Positions 51,732-62,844 are shown, counted from the first letter of the stretch. The stretch is DNA of 64,000 bases from Acidobacteriota bacterium (GCA_965209055.1 OZ242374.1:4288001-4352000), one strand, 5' to 3'. Notes: a model not told the origin generated them from the letters alone. Numbers and translations are program-made.

Positions 51732-53543
51732 TCAGGTCAGGCGCAAATGGAGTTCCCGTTGCTGGCGCAGGCTGACGCCCGACGGCGAGCCCGACATGAG
51801 ATCCATTGCTCTTGCGGTCTTGGGAAAGCAGATCACGTCGCGGATGGACTGTTCGCCCGCCAGAATCATCACGATTCTGTCCAGGCCCAACGCAATACCG
51901 CCATGCGGGGGCACGCCAAAACGGAGCGCATCCAGGAGGAATCCGAACTTGGATTGCATTTCCTCCGGGCCGATCCGCAATGCCTCGAAGACCCGCGCCT
52001 GCAACTCCTGGCTATGGATACGAATGGATCCGCCGCCGATCTCCGTGCCATTCAGAACAACATCGTACGCCTTGGCACGGACCCGTTCCGGCGCGGTGTC
52101 CAACAGGTGCAGATCCTCCTCCTTCGGCGAGGTGAACGGATGGTGACAAGCCAGAAAACGGGAGTCCTCTTCGCTCCACTGCAAGAGCGGGAAATCGTAG
52201 ACCCAGAGACAGTCCTGCCGACTGTCGGGAATCAGGTTTTCCTGTTTTGCCAGATGGAGCCTCAGCAGGGACAGGGTATTGTTCACCTGCGATTCGGTTC
52301 CAGCCACCATCAGCAGGATGTCGCCGGCTTCAAGTTCACCCATTTCCGCCGCGAACCGAAGCACCGGTGCTCCGACGCTTTTGGGCAAGGAACTTCTGAA
52401 GCCACCTTCCGTGGACTTGATCCACGCCAGACCACCGGTTCCGAGCTCGGTAACAAACCGGGTCAATTCATCGGTCTCCCGGCGGGTGTAATCAGCCTTT
52501 CCGGGAACCCGGATTCCCCGAATGCACCCTCCTTCCCCCAGGATTCGGCGGAAAATCTGGAATCCGCTCTCCGCAAACGCGTTCCCCACGTCGCGCAATT
52601 CCAATCCGAACCGGGTATCGGGCCGATCCGTTCCGTACCGGGACATGGCCTCCCCGTAACTGAGCCTGGGGAAGGGAACTGGCAGATCGTAACCGGCAAC
52701 CTTGAAGATCCGTTGGAGCACGGACTCCACGAGCCGGAAGACATCTTCAGGTTGAACGAAGGACATCTCGATGTCGATCTGTGTGAACTCGGGTTGCCGG
52801 TCCGCTCGGAGATCCTCGTCACGAAAGCAACGGACGATCTGGAAATACCGATCGAAGCCGGAGACCATCAGGAGCTGCTTGAACAACTGAGGCGACTGGG
52901 GCAGGGCGTAGAATTGCCCCCGGTGAACACGGCTGGGAACCAGGTAGTCCCGAGCCCCCTCCGGGGTGGATTTGGTCAGGAAGGGCGTCTCGATTTCCAG
53001 GAATCCCTGACTGTCCATGAATTTGCGGGTTTCCAGGCAGATTTCGTGACGCAGCCGCACATTGGCCTGCATCCGTGGCCGGCGCAAGTCCAGATAGCGG
53101 TAACGCAGCCGGGTCTCTTCCGAAGTCCCCTGTTCCTCGGAAATGGGAAAAGGCGGGGTCCTGGAGGCGCTCAGAAGCCGGATTTCTTCCGCCCGAACTT
53201 CAACCGTGCCCGTAGGAATCTGGTCATTGACCGTCTCTTCGTCGCGATCGATCACGTTACCCACGACCGCGGCGACATCCTCGGACCGAAGCTCTTTTGC
53301 CTTGTCGAGAACTGACCCGTCCTCCGCGCTTGCCACGACCTGGACCGTCCCTTCCCGATCTCTGAGATCCACGAAGATCAGGTTTCCCAGGTCCCGGGTC
53401 CGGTCTACCCACCCCATGACGGTCACACGTTTGCCCACATCACTTGGCCGTATCTCTCCACAGCGGTGGCTCCGGTGGAGACTCCCCATGCCGTCGATGT
53501 GGTAGGCAGGTCGATTCAGTGCTTGCTTGCCGGCGATTGCCAC
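51732..53543 (-). CDS. aspS: Aspartate--tRNA ligase
   Basis: 'RSHRCG', 'RLRYRYLDLRR', 'STPEGARDYLVPSR', 'LPQSPQLFKQ', 'FRDEDLRADRQPEFTQ', 'PPHGGIALGLDR'. Confidence 0.97.
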   Translation of the reverse strand: MAIAGKQALNRPAYHIDGMGSLHRSHRCGEIRPSDVGKRVTVMGWVDRTRDLGNLIFVDLRDREGTVQVVASAEDGSVLDKAKELRSEDVAAVVGNVIDRDEETVNDQIPTGTVEVRAEEIRLLSASRTPPFPISEEQGTSEETRLRYRYLDLRRPRMQANVRLRHEICLETRKFMDSQGFLEIETPFLTKSTPEGARDYLVPSRVHRGQFYALPQSPQLFKQLLMVSGFDRYFQIVRCFRDEDLRADRQPEFTQIDIEMSFVQPEDVFRLVESVLQRIFKVAGYDLPVPFPRLSYGEAMSRYGTDRPDTRFGLELRDVGNAFAESGFQIFRRILGEGGCIRGIRVPGKADYTRRETDELTRFVTELGTGGLAWIKSTEGGFRSSLPKSVGAPVLRFAAEMGELEAGDILLMVAGTESQVNNTLSLLRLHLAKQENLIPDSRQDCLWVYDFPLLQWSEEDSRFLACHHPFTSPKEEDLHLLDTAPERVRAKAYDVVLNGTEIGGGSIRIHSQELQARVFEALRIGPEEMQSKFGFLLDALRFGVPPHGGIALGLDRIVMILAGEQSIRDVICFPKTARAMDLMSGSPSGVSLRQQRELHLRLT

Positions 53544-53561
53544 TTCCCTGATCCTCCTCTC

Positions 53562-54824
53562 TCACGCCGATCTTACGTGTCGGGGGATGCCTCCCTGCTG
53601 CAATCGAGTCTGGGCGCCGTCAGACATTCTCTTGATGGAGTAAAGCCCGGTGCGAATCTCGTCGTCTCCGATGACGCAGGCGAACTGCGCCCCGAGCCGG
53701 TTGGCCAGGCGCATCTGGGCCCGTAGGCTGCGTCCGCCGAAGTCCACGTAGGCGAAAACCCCTTCTCGACGAAGATCTCGAGCCAGAATGAACGCCTTTT
53801 GCAACGACGCCTCATTCAGATAGGCGAGAAAGATCTCAGGCCGGGGGGAACGATAGCCTGCAGCCAATTCATTTTTCCGCGAAAGGAGGAGCACCAGACG
53901 CTCCAGACCCAGGCCAAAGCCGAACCCCTTCGCCGGTGGACCCTCCAGGAGCTCCGACAGTCCATCGTAGCGGCCCCCTCCCAGCAACGCGTTCTGCGTC
54001 GGGCCCAAACGATCCGTCACCATCTCGAACGTGGTCCGCACATAGTAATCCAGGCCTCGAACCAATCGAGGCGTCACCGCGTAGGGAATCCCGATGAGAT
54101 CCAGGAGGTCCCGAAAGCGCCGGAAGTGTTCCCGGCACTTCCCGCACAGGTGGTCAAGGATCGATGGCAGATTTTCGATGGTGGGAGAACACGACGACCG
54201 CTTGCAGTCCAGGACGCGAAGGGGATTCCGCCGGGACCGCTTCTGACAATCTGCACAAAGATCCGATTTGGTCAGCAACCTATCTTGGAGGACGCGAACG
54301 TAGGCCGGCCGGCAGGACGGACAGCCCACGGAATTCACCAGTAGCCGGACTCCCCGAACTCCAAGGTCGTCCAGCAAAACATGGAGCATCTCCATCACTT
54401 CCGCTTCGATGCCCGGATGATCCGAACCCAGAACCTCGGCCCCGATCTGATGAAACTGGCGATAGCGGCCTTTCTGAGGTCTCTCCCTGCGAAACATGGG
54501 TCCGACATAGTAGAGCTTCGTCAGACTGCTCCCCCGATTCAGATGATTTTCCAGATAGGATCGAACCACGGGCGCGGTCCCCTCGGGCCGGAGGCTGATG
54601 CCGCGGCCCCGTCGCACCGGTATCGTGTACATTTCCTTCTGTACGATGTCCGTCTCCTGTCCGAGACTGCGGCAGAACAGATTGGTTTCCTCCAAAACCG
54701 GGGTCCGGATCTCGCCGTAGCCGTAGCGCCGGAACAGCAGGCGAGTCTTTTCTTCGATCTCCTGCCACAACTCCACGCTACCGGGGAGAATGTCGTGGGT
54801 TCCCCGAACTGAGCGAACGTTCAT
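53562..54824 (-). CDS. hisS: Histidine--tRNA ligase
   Basis: 'RGTHDILP', 'LRPEGTA', 'FRRERPQKGRYRQFHQ', 'LVRGLDYY', 'GGRYDGL'. Confidence 0.97.
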   Translation of the reverse strand: MNVRSVRGTHDILPGSVELWQEIEEKTRLLFRRYGYGEIRTPVLEETNLFCRSLGQETDIVQKEMYTIPVRRGRGISLRPEGTAPVVRSYLENHLNRGSSLTKLYYVGPMFRRERPQKGRYRQFHQIGAEVLGSDHPGIEAEVMEMLHVLLDDLGVRGVRLLVNSVGCPSCRPAYVRVLQDRLLTKSDLCADCQKRSRRNPLRVLDCKRSSCSPTIENLPSILDHLCGKCREHFRRFRDLLDLIGIPYAVTPRLVRGLDYYVRTTFEMVTDRLGPTQNALLGGGRYDGLSELLEGPPAKGFGFGLGLERLVLLLSRKNELAAGYRSPRPEIFLAYLNEASLQKAFILARDLRREGVFAYVDFGGRSLRAQMRLANRLGAQFACVIGDDEIRTGLYSIKRMSDGAQTRLQQGGIPRHVRSA

Positions 54825-55053
54825 GATGGGGCCCGATTATACCCTACCCCCTGGATTCGAAAGCCGGACAAGGCTCACGTCAGGGAAGGGTCCCCTCCGG
54901 GAGACGGAGAGGGGGGCTGTTCCACCCGGGCTGCGGTCCCGCATTCGGATTAGCGTGAATTATGGGCGTCTCGTGGATCCTGTACCGGAAATCAGGACCG
55001 GCCCCGCACCGGCGGCGGCTCTTGGCGAAGACCGCTGAAGAGTCCGGGTCAAC

Positions 55054-55977
55054 TCATACCCGGCTCGCGTACTCTCCGATTTTCCGGAACTTCCCATGAC
55101 GAGAATCGATTCGATCTTGGGGATCCAGAGCGGAAACCTCTTCCAGGTGGCGGGAAAGCGCCCGGGACAGTTCGCTCGTCGTCTGGTCCCAATCGTTGTG
55201 GGCGCCTCCCGGAGGCTCCGCCACGATTTCATCGACGATTCCGAACCGCTTCAGATCCGGAGCGGTGAGCTTCAAGCTCTGGGCGGCCTCGCGAACATGA
55301 TTCTGGTCCTTCCACAAGATGGCGGAGCAGCTTTCCGGAGAAATGACGGAGTAGATGGAATTCTCCAGCATGAGGATCCGATCGGCCAGACCCACCGCCA
55401 AGGCGCCTCCGCTGCCACCTTCTCCCAGAACGGTTGCGATGACGGGGACCCGAAGTCCGGCCATGGAACGCAGGTTGTAGGCGATCGCTTCCGCCTGTCC
55501 CCGCTTCTCGGCTCCCAGCCCCGGATAGGCGCCAGGAGTGTCGATAAAAGTGAGAACGGGACGCCCAAACTTCTCGGCCAGCTTCATCAAACGCAACGCC
55601 TTGCGGTATCCCTCAGGCTTCGGCATCCCGTAATTGCGCTCCAGGCGCTCCTTGGTATTACGCCCCTTCTGGTGGCCCAAGACCATGACGGGAGCGCCCT
55701 TGAAACTGGCCATTCCGCCCACGATTGCCCGGTCGTCAGCAAACTTGCGGTCGCCGTGGATCTCCCGGAACGAATCGAACAGACGGTCGAAGCAATCGAG
55801 GGTGTAGGGTCGATCCTGGTGCCGGGAGATCTGCACTCTGTCCCACGCTTTCCCAGGGGACGCCGGACTGGTCCGGTGCTCATCCGGCTGACGAGTCTGT
55901 TCCCGAGCCTGGAATCGCGAACGCTCTTCCATCTGACCTCTGAGTGAAACGACTTTTCGTGCCTTCTCAATGGTCAT
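55054..55977 (-). CDS. accA: Acetyl-CoA carboxylase carboxyltransferase subunit alpha
   Basis: 'RHQDRPYTLD', 'HGDRKFADD', 'GMPKPEGYRKA', 'IDTPGAYPG', 'GEGGSGGALA', 'YSVISPE'. Confidence 0.96.
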   Translation of the reverse strand: MTIEKARKVVSLRGQMEERSRFQAREQTRQPDEHRTSPASPGKAWDRVQISRHQDRPYTLDCFDRLFDSFREIHGDRKFADDRAIVGGMASFKGAPVMVLGHQKGRNTKERLERNYGMPKPEGYRKALRLMKLAEKFGRPVLTFIDTPGAYPGLGAEKRGQAEAIAYNLRSMAGLRVPVIATVLGEGGSGGALAVGLADRILMLENSIYSVISPESCSAILWKDQNHVREAAQSLKLTAPDLKRFGIVDEIVAEPPGGAHNDWDQTTSELSRALSRHLEEVSALDPQDRIDSRHGKFRKIGEYASRV

Positions 55978-56077
55978 AAGCTCACTTCGAAGGTCACGTG
56001 GGTAGTTGTATGTGAGCCGATCGGGCGGCACGAGTCGTGCGGCTGCGAGAATTCGACTCCTGTTTTCGGATCGGACG

Positions 56078-59000
56078 TCAGGCCCGAGTATACAAGGTGA
56101 CGGAGCTTTTCCCAAAAAGATCTTCCACCGCGGTGACGAAGGAAGGAATCGGGTTCACAGCAAGCTCCTCCTCGGGGATCAGTCGAATCCGGTACGCCTC
56201 CTGCTCGACCAGCTCGAACCTCAGGGGGCACTTTCCAGGGTGGCGGATCACCAGGTCGTGGAGGCCACTGACCTTGTCGTTGTCGAGGGAGGGCAATGGG
56301 ATGGTGATCCGTGCGGACTGGACGGCTCCGTTCCAGAGACTGTCCAAGGGGACCAGGTCGGAACAAAGAATGCGCACCTTGCCGCGGGCGTCCGCTTCGC
56401 AGCGGCCGCGCAACAATACCGGGGGAGCCGACTCCAAAAGGGATTGGAACTTCCGATAGCCCTTGGGCCAGACCAGAACTTCAACGCTTCCTGCGAGGTC
56501 CTCCAGAACGAAGGTCGCCATGGCGTCTCCCTTTCGAGTCGTCAGACGCTTGACCTCGCTGATCAAGCCTCCGATCGAGAGTTCCCGGCCTGCCGTCTCC
56601 TCGGAAACCTCATTCGTCCGGATGTCCGAGAAGCGAGCCAACTCGGCCTGGTATCCCTTGAGTGGGTGACCGGTCACATAGTGCCCCAGAGCCTCTTTCT
56701 CATGCCGCCACTTCAGGTCGTCCGGCCACTCTTGCCCGGATTCATTTCCGGGCGCCGGCGCCGCCTCCGTTCCCGTCGGCGACTGGAAGAGATTCAACTG
56801 TCCGCTGAGCCGGTCCTTCTGCGCCTTTTGCCCCCTCTCGATGGCGCGGTCCAAGTTCTCCAGCAAGCCCCGTCGAGTCGGGCTCAGGCAATCGAATGCT
56901 CCGGACTTGATCAACGCCTCCAGGACCCGTTTGTTGAGGGTCCTCAGGTCTACATATTCCAGGAAGTGGGAAAAACTGGTGAAGGACTCCACGTCATCTC
57001 GACACGAGAGAATCGACCGGATGGCTGCCTCGCCCACGTTGCGGATGGCGGCGAGACCGAACTCGATGCTGTCCCCGCGGGCTGAGAAATGGAGAGTTCC
57101 ACTGTTGATGTTGGGTGGCAGAATCCGTATGCCCACGTCGCGGCACTCGTTCAGGTACTGGACCATTTTGTCGGTGTTGGAGATTTCGCTGGTAAGCAGG
57201 GCCGCCATGAACTGCACCGGATAGTGGCTCTTGAGCCAGGCGGTCTGATAGGCCAGGATCGCATATGCGGTCGAGTGGCTCTTGTTGAAACCGTACCCGG
57301 CAAACTGCTCGATCAGGTCATAGATCTTTTGGGCCTTCTTCGGGTCGACGCCCCGTTCCCGGCAACCCGCCAGGAATTTCTTCTTCTGGCCCCGCATGAC
57401 CTTCTTCTTCTTTTTTCCCATGGCCCGGCGGAGCAGGTCGGCTTCACCCAAAGAGAAACCAGCCAGTACACTGGCAATCTGCATGACCTGTTCCTGATAG
57501 ACGATGACCCCGTAGGTCTCCCGCAGGATCTCCTCCAGTTCGGGCACTTCATACCGAATTCGGACCTTGCCGTGCCGGCGGTCCACGAAATCGTCGATCA
57601 TTCCCCCCTGGATGGGTCCGGGGCGATAGAGGGCGTTCATGGCGATGAGGTCCTCGAAACGGCTGGGCTGGAGCCGTTTCAGGATTTCCCTCATCCCCCG
57701 CGACTCAAACTGGAAGATGCCGGTGGTTCGGCCTTCGCTGAAGAGCCGGAAAGTTTCTTCATCCTGGAGATCGATCTGATCCAGATCGATCTCCGGGTTC
57801 GACTGCTCTCGAATCTGCTCCAAGGTCTGTTCGATGAGCGTCAGTGTGGTCAGCGCCAGGAAATCCATCTTGAGCAGCCCCAGCCGCTCAAGGTCGTTCA
57901 TGGTGTATTGGGTCGTGATTTCATCCTTGCTGGACTTGTACAGGGGGATGAGATCGATCAGCGGTCTCGGGGCAATGACGATGCCTGCGGCGTGAGTGGA
58001 GGCATGCCGGGCCAGTCCCTCCAGGCGCTGTGCCACGGTCATGAGTTGCTGGTAACGCTCATCGCCGGCAGTGAGGTCCCGGAGCTCCTTGACCGTCTTC
58101 AGAGCCTTTTTCAAGGTGACATCAGGACCCGAGGGGACCAGGCGGGCGATGCGGTCAACCTCTCCGTAGGGAATGTTCAGGCCGCGTCCAACGTCCCGAA
58201 TCGCTCCCCGGGCAGCCATGGTTCCGAAGGTGATGATCTGACTGACGTTGTCACGGCCATACTTCCCGGTCACATAGTCGATGACTTGGTTCCGGCGATG
58301 CATGCAGAAGTCGATATCGATGTCGGGTGGAGTGACACGTTCCGGATTCAGGAAACGTTCAAAGAGCAGACCATACTGGAGCGGGTCCACATCGGTAATC
58401 TGCATGGCATAGGAGACCAGGCTGCCTGCAGCGGACCCCCGTCCGGGACCCACGGCGATCCCTTGTTCCCGCGCGTATCTCATGAAATCCCAGACGATCA
58501 GGAAATATCCGGAAAAATTCATTTTCTGAATCATGGCGATTTCCTGATCCAGACGCTGGGAATACTCCTGGACCGGATGGGCCGGCCCGTCCGAGCCAGG
58601 CTGCTTTTTCAAGGTCTCCAACCGCCGGGAGAAACCCTTCCGGACCACGGACTCGAAGTAGGAATCCAACGTATTTCCCGCCGGCACTTCGAACTCCGGA
58701 AACACCGATTCACCATCTTGCAAACGGAATTCACACTGCTCGGCGACAGCAAGGGTATTGGAAAGCGCGCCGGGGACGTGGCCGAAGAGTTGGGCCATCT
58801 CCTCCGGCGTCTTCAAGAAAAACTGATCGGTCCTGTACCTCAGCCGGTTGGCGTCATCAACTGTCTTGCCGGTCTGGATGCAGAGCAGAACGTCGTGGGG
58901 AACGGAATCCTCCTGGGCGAGGTAGTGGCAGTCGTTGGTCGCCACCAGCGGGAGATCCAACTCCTTGGCCAAACTCAGAATTCCCGAATTCACAGCCTTC

Positions 59001-59551
59001 TGCGCTTCGATTCCGTGGTCCTGCAGTTCCAGGTAGAAGTGGTCTTTTCCGAAGATTTCCGACAGCTCGGCAGCCTCTCTACGGGCTTCCTGGTAGCGGT
59101 CCTGGTGCAGATTCCAGGCCACGCTCCCCTTGAGACAGGCCGACAGCCCAATCAATCCTTCGCTGTGCTGCTCCAGCAGTTCACGGTCGATGCGCGGCCG
59201 ATAGTAGAATCCCTCCAGATAACCCAGTGAGACGAGTTTGACCAGGTTCCGATAGCCCTTTTGATTTCGTGCCAGGAGAACCAGGTGGTTGCTCCCATCC
59301 GACCGGCCCGATTTGACCGTTCGTCCTTCGCGGGCCACATACACCTCGCAGCCGATAATGGGTTTGACCCCGGCATCGACTCCCGCGTCGTGGAATTGGA
59401 TGGCTCCGAACAGGTTGCCGTGATCCGTCAAGGCGATGGCCGGCATCTTCAATTCGGACGCTCTCCGGAAGAGGGCGTCGATCTTGTTGGCGCCGTCAAG
59501 CAGGCTGAAGTGGCTGTGAACGTGAAGATGGACAAATTCGGCTTGGCCCAT
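56078..59551 (-). CDS. dnaE: DNA polymerase III subunit alpha
   Basis: PHP domain 'HLHVHS.FSLLDG', plus 'GPGRGSAAGS', 'PPDIDIDF', 'KMDFL', 'FAGYGFNKSH' and an OB fold. No intein. Confidence 0.97.
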   Translation of the reverse strand: MGQAEFVHLHVHSHFSLLDGANKIDALFRRASELKMPAIALTDHGNLFGAIQFHDAGVDAGVKPIIGCEVYVAREGRTVKSGRSDGSNHLVLLARNQKGYRNLVKLVSLGYLEGFYYRPRIDRELLEQHSEGLIGLSACLKGSVAWNLHQDRYQEARREAAELSEIFGKDHFYLELQDHGIEAQKAVNSGILSLAKELDLPLVATNDCHYLAQEDSVPHDVLLCIQTGKTVDDANRLRYRTDQFFLKTPEEMAQLFGHVPGALSNTLAVAEQCEFRLQDGESVFPEFEVPAGNTLDSYFESVVRKGFSRRLETLKKQPGSDGPAHPVQEYSQRLDQEIAMIQKMNFSGYFLIVWDFMRYAREQGIAVGPGRGSAAGSLVSYAMQITDVDPLQYGLLFERFLNPERVTPPDIDIDFCMHRRNQVIDYVTGKYGRDNVSQIITFGTMAARGAIRDVGRGLNIPYGEVDRIARLVPSGPDVTLKKALKTVKELRDLTAGDERYQQLMTVAQRLEGLARHASTHAAGIVIAPRPLIDLIPLYKSSKDEITTQYTMNDLERLGLLKMDFLALTTLTLIEQTLEQIREQSNPEIDLDQIDLQDEETFRLFSEGRTTGIFQFESRGMREILKRLQPSRFEDLIAMNALYRPGPIQGGMIDDFVDRRHGKVRIRYEVPELEEILRETYGVIVYQEQVMQIASVLAGFSLGEADLLRRAMGKKKKKVMRGQKKKFLAGCRERGVDPKKAQKIYDLIEQFAGYGFNKSHSTAYAILAYQTAWLKSHYPVQFMAALLTSEISNTDKMVQYLNECRDVGIRILPPNINSGTLHFSARGDSIEFGLAAIRNVGEAAIRSILSCRDDVESFTSFSHFLEYVDLRTLNKRVLEALIKSGAFDCLSPTRRGLLENLDRAIERGQKAQKDRLSGQLNLFQSPTGTEAAPAPGNESGQEWPDDLKWRHEKEALGHYVTGHPLKGYQAELARFSDIRTNEVSEETAGRELSIGGLISEVKRLTTRKGDAMATFVLEDLAGSVEVLVWPKGYRKFQSLLESAPPVLLRGRCEADARGKVRILCSDLVPLDSLWNGAVQSARITIPLPSLDNDKVSGLHDLVIRHPGKCPLRFELVEQEAYRIRLIPEEELAVNPIPSFVTAVEDLFGKSSVTLYTRA

Positions 59552-59630
59552 TTCGTTTAATTCCTGTGCGCTGGCGAGACCGTTGGACGGAAGGGCAGAT
59601 GTCCCGTCGGGTTTGCAAAGGGGGGTCTGA

Positions 59631-61163
59631 TCATTCCCATTCGATGGTGCCCGGCGGTTTCGAGGTCACGTCGTAGACCACCCGGTTGACACCCCTGACT
59701 TCGTTGACGATGCGGACGGAGATCCGGGCGAGAACCTCCCGGGGCAGGGAGACCCAATCCGCGGTCATTCCGTCGACGCTGTCGACGGCTCGAATCGCAA
59801 CCACGTGCTCGTAGGTTCTCCCGTCTCCCATGACGCCGACGCTCTTGACCGGCAACAGGACGGCGAAAGACTGCCAGATCTTCTCGTAGAGACGCGCCCG
59901 GCGAATCTCCTCATCCACGATTCGATCCGCTTGGCGCAGCAGCGCCAACCTCTCGTCGGTCACCGGGCCCAGGATGCGGACGGACAGGCCGGGACCCGGA
60001 AAGGGTTGTCTCCACAGGATCTCCCGGGGCAGGCCCAACTCCCGGCCGACCTGGCGAACCTCGTCCTTGAACAGATCCCGCAGCGGCTCCACCAACTCCA
60101 GATCCATCTCCTCCGGCAGTCCCCCGACGTTGTGATGACTCTTGATCACGGCCGACGGACCCTTGACGGAGACCGATTCGATGACGTCGGGATAGAGCGT
60201 CCCCTGGACCAGGAAGCGCACATCCCCGAGCTTGCGGCATTCCTCTTCAAAGACTCGAATGAAGGTTTCCCCGATGATCTTCCGTTTCCTCTCCGGCTCC
60301 TCCACACCCGCCAGAAGATCCAGGAACCGGGACCTCGCTTCCACCCCCACCACGTTCAATTGCAATTCGTCCCGCACCGTAGCGAGCACCTGCCGGAACT
60401 CTCCTGCCCGCAACAAGCCATTGTCCACAAAGACACAAGTGAGACGTCGACGGATGCTCTTGTGGACCAGGATGGCCGCTACGGTCGAGTCGACCCCACC
60501 GGACAACCCGCAAACGGCTCGTCCCGATCCCACCCGGTCCCGGATCTGTTCGACGGTGCTCTCGATGAACGAGGTCGCGGTCCAATCACGCTTGCAGCCG
60601 CAGAGATCCACAAAGTTGGAGAATACTTCCCGCCCCAGCGGCGTGTGAGCCACCTCGGGGTGAAACTGGACGCCAAAGATCCTCTGCTCCCGGCTTTCCA
60701 TGACGGCGAGAGCGCTGTGCGTGGACGCCACCCGCCGAAACCCGGAAGGCACCGCCTCGATCCGGTCGCCGTGACTCATCCAGACCTGCATCGTCCGGGG
60801 AAGGCCATCCAGCAGAGGCGAGGAACGGGACCGTTCCAGTTGGGCCTTTCCGTATTCACGGCGGGAGGGGTGAACCTGACCGCCGAACCGGTGGGCCAGG
60901 AGCTGCATTCCGTAGCAGATTCCGAGCAGCGGGACGCCACAGGAGTAGATTTGAGGATCAGGATGCGGAGCACCCGCCTCGAATACGGACCGGGGCCCTC
61001 CGGAGAGGATGATTCCGGTGGGCCGGCGGCTCTCGATTTCCTGAAACGGCGTGTGGTACGGAACCACCTCCGAGAAGACTTGGGCCTCACGAATCCGGCG
61101 GGCGATCAACTGCGTATATTGCGACCCGAAGTCGAGAATGACGATGACTTCCCGGCTGCTCAA
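59631..61163 (-). CDS. guaA: GMP synthase (glutamine-hydrolysing)
   Basis: '[15 protein letters not shown]', 'GICYGMQ', 'QFHPEV', 'SGGVDS', 'IKSHHNVGG', 'KPPGTIEWE'. Start taken at TTG 61163 after AGAGG. Confidence 0.97.
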   Translation of the reverse strand: MSSREVIVILDFGSQYTQLIARRIREAQVFSEVVPYHTPFQEIESRRPTGIILSGGPRSVFEAGAPHPDPQIYSCGVPLLGICYGMQLLAHRFGGQVHPSRREYGKAQLERSRSSPLLDGLPRTMQVWMSHGDRIEAVPSGFRRVASTHSALAVMESREQRIFGVQFHPEVAHTPLGREVFSNFVDLCGCKRDWTATSFIESTVEQIRDRVGSGRAVCGLSGGVDSTVAAILVHKSIRRRLTCVFVDNGLLRAGEFRQVLATVRDELQLNVVGVEARSRFLDLLAGVEEPERKRKIIGETFIRVFEEECRKLGDVRFLVQGTLYPDVIESVSVKGPSAVIKSHHNVGGLPEEMDLELVEPLRDLFKDEVRQVGRELGLPREILWRQPFPGPGLSVRILGPVTDERLALLRQADRIVDEEIRRARLYEKIWQSFAVLLPVKSVGVMGDGRTYEHVVAIRAVDSVDGMTADWVSLPREVLARISVRIVNEVRGVNRVVYDVTSKPPGTIEWE

Positions 61164-61330
61164 CGGTACCTCTTGGCTCGGAGCGGGAATCGGCCCTCGC
61201 GGGTGCGGGATCGGCCCTTTGCCCAGTGACGGGAGCGGAGTATAGCACGCGGTTCTGACCCCGAAGACCCCGATCCGTCCCTGCCTGATTCTCCTTGACT
61301 CGAGTCCGGACAGGCGGGACCATCTCCGAA

Positions 61331-62152
61331 ATGATCGGCGAGCAGACACTTCAGGGGATCCTTCTGGGCATCTTGCAGGGGCTGACGGAGTTCCTGCCGG
61401 TGAGCAGCTCGGGTCACCTGATACTGGTTCCCTGGCTTCTGGGCTGGCAGCCCCTGGGACTGATCTTCGACATCATGGTCCATGTCGGTACACTCCTGGC
61501 GGTACTGGTCTATTTCCGGCACGAGTGGAAACAGTTTTCCGTACTGGCGTTCAAACGGTTGACGGGCCGGGCCCGGAGCCGGAACTCCTTCCTGATGGAC
61601 GCCATCCTCCTGGGAACCATTCCCGCGGTCGTGGCGGGTGGACTGTTGAAAGGCGTCATCGAGGAGCATCTCCGGACGCCCGCGGTGACCGCATTCTGCC
61701 TGGCCTTGTTCGGCCTTGTCCTCTGGTGGGCGGACCGCCTCGGCGCCAAGAGCCGGTCCCTCCGGAGCCTGACCCGGAAAGACGGCATTCTGATCGGATT
61801 GGCCCAGGCTGTGGCTCTCATTCCGGGGGTGAGCCGGGCGGGCGTCACACTGACCGCGGGTCTCGCTCTGGGCCTGAATCGATCGGACGCCGCCCGGTTC
61901 GCCTTCCTCCTTTCCGCCCCCGTCATGGCGCTGGCAGGGGCGGCTGCCGCCTACGAACTGCTCTCCGCCCGAAGCGCGGCCGCGGCTGCCGGTCTGGCTG
62001 ACTCCACGTTACTCCTTGGTGTATCATCGTCCTTCGTTAGCGGCATCCTATGTATCCGGTTTTTTCTTCGCTTTCTCGAGCGGCGTACGCTGCTGCCGTT
62101 TGTCGCCTATCGCTTCTTGCTGGCCTTTGTTATTTTCTGCACGTCCCTGTGA
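61331..62152 (+). CDS. uppP: Undecaprenyl-diphosphate phosphatase (BacA family)
   Basis: '[18 protein letters not shown]', '[17 protein letters not shown]', '[11 protein letters not shown]'. Confidence 0.95.
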   Translation: MIGEQTLQGILLGILQGLTEFLPVSSSGHLILVPWLLGWQPLGLIFDIMVHVGTLLAVLVYFRHEWKQFSVLAFKRLTGRARSRNSFLMDAILLGTIPAVVAGGLLKGVIEEHLRTPAVTAFCLALFGLVLWWADRLGAKSRSLRSLTRKDGILIGLAQAVALIPGVSRAGVTLTAGLALGLNRSDAARFAFLLSAPVMALAGAAAAYELLSARSAAAAAGLADSTLLLGVSSSFVSGILCIRFFLRFLERRTLLPFVAYRFLLAFVIFCTSL

Positions 62153-62760
62153 CGGCCACGGCGGAAGACATCCTTAAGGACTCCAAGTCCATTCCCGCCT
62201 ACCAGAACCAGATACTGAGATCCCATTTCCGATCCCAGTACTACAAGAGCGTGACCTCCGTCGGACCCAGAACCAACGATCCTTTCGTCACACAATACGT
62301 GGACCGCCAGATCGGCTACTACCTGACGCGTATCCGCTCCGCGCTGGTCATGCTCAAGGTGCACTGCGAGGAGGTCCAGGAGATTCGGGCGAACGCCATG
62401 ATCGACAACAGCCTTCAGATGACGCCCGAATTCCGGAAAAAATGGAGGAAAGCGCTGGGGGATCTCTCCCGCGATGCAAGAGGTCTCAAGAACCTCATCG
62501 GGAGCATCCTGCTCGGACTGGCCCGGAAAGACTCGAAACGGCCCCGGGTCCGCTCTTGGGGCGGACGGGACGGCTATCGCCCGGAGGTGCTGTACCTGAA
62601 CAGGGAGCTGATGCTGGCGGAACGGCGCATCGAAGATTTCTTCTACAAACCGACGAACACCGTGAGCTTCGAAGACCTTCGGGACAGAAAGACCATGCTG
62701 GTGCATCTCTACCACGTCCAGGAGATGGCCAAGAGACTCCGGGACGCGGTGGGCCGTTAG
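62149..62760 (+). CDS. Hypothetical alpha-helical protein (start uncertain, 62050 or 62149)
   Basis: Long ORF filling the gap after uppP. GTGA overlap with the uppP stop. No motif recognised. Confidence 0.6.
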   Translation: MTATAEDILKDSKSIPAYQNQILRSHFRSQYYKSVTSVGPRTNDPFVTQYVDRQIGYYLTRIRSALVMLKVHCEEVQEIRANAMIDNSLQMTPEFRKKWRKALGDLSRDARGLKNLIGSILLGLARKDSKRPRVRSWGGRDGYRPEVLYLNRELMLAERRIEDFFYKPTNTVSFEDLRDRKTMLVHLYHVQEMAKRLRDAVGR

Positions 62761-62844
62761 CAATTGCGGTGAAACGGGAGGCATGACCCGCACCGTGCCG
62801 AATCCAGTGTGCACGGGAGCCGGAGAAACCGGAAGGAGCGACTG

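Noticed and set aside
54825-55053. GC-rich hairpins between accA and hisS as a possible ncRNA or T-box
   Set aside because: No T-box, SRP or 6S signature recognised. A promoter-like TATAAT just before hisS would exclude this region from the hisS leader.
61183-61220. Short direct repeat GCGGGA(A)TCGGCCCT x2 upstream of guaA
   Set aside because: Only two imperfect GC-rich copies, with no purine-riboswitch consensus. Not distinguishable from chance.
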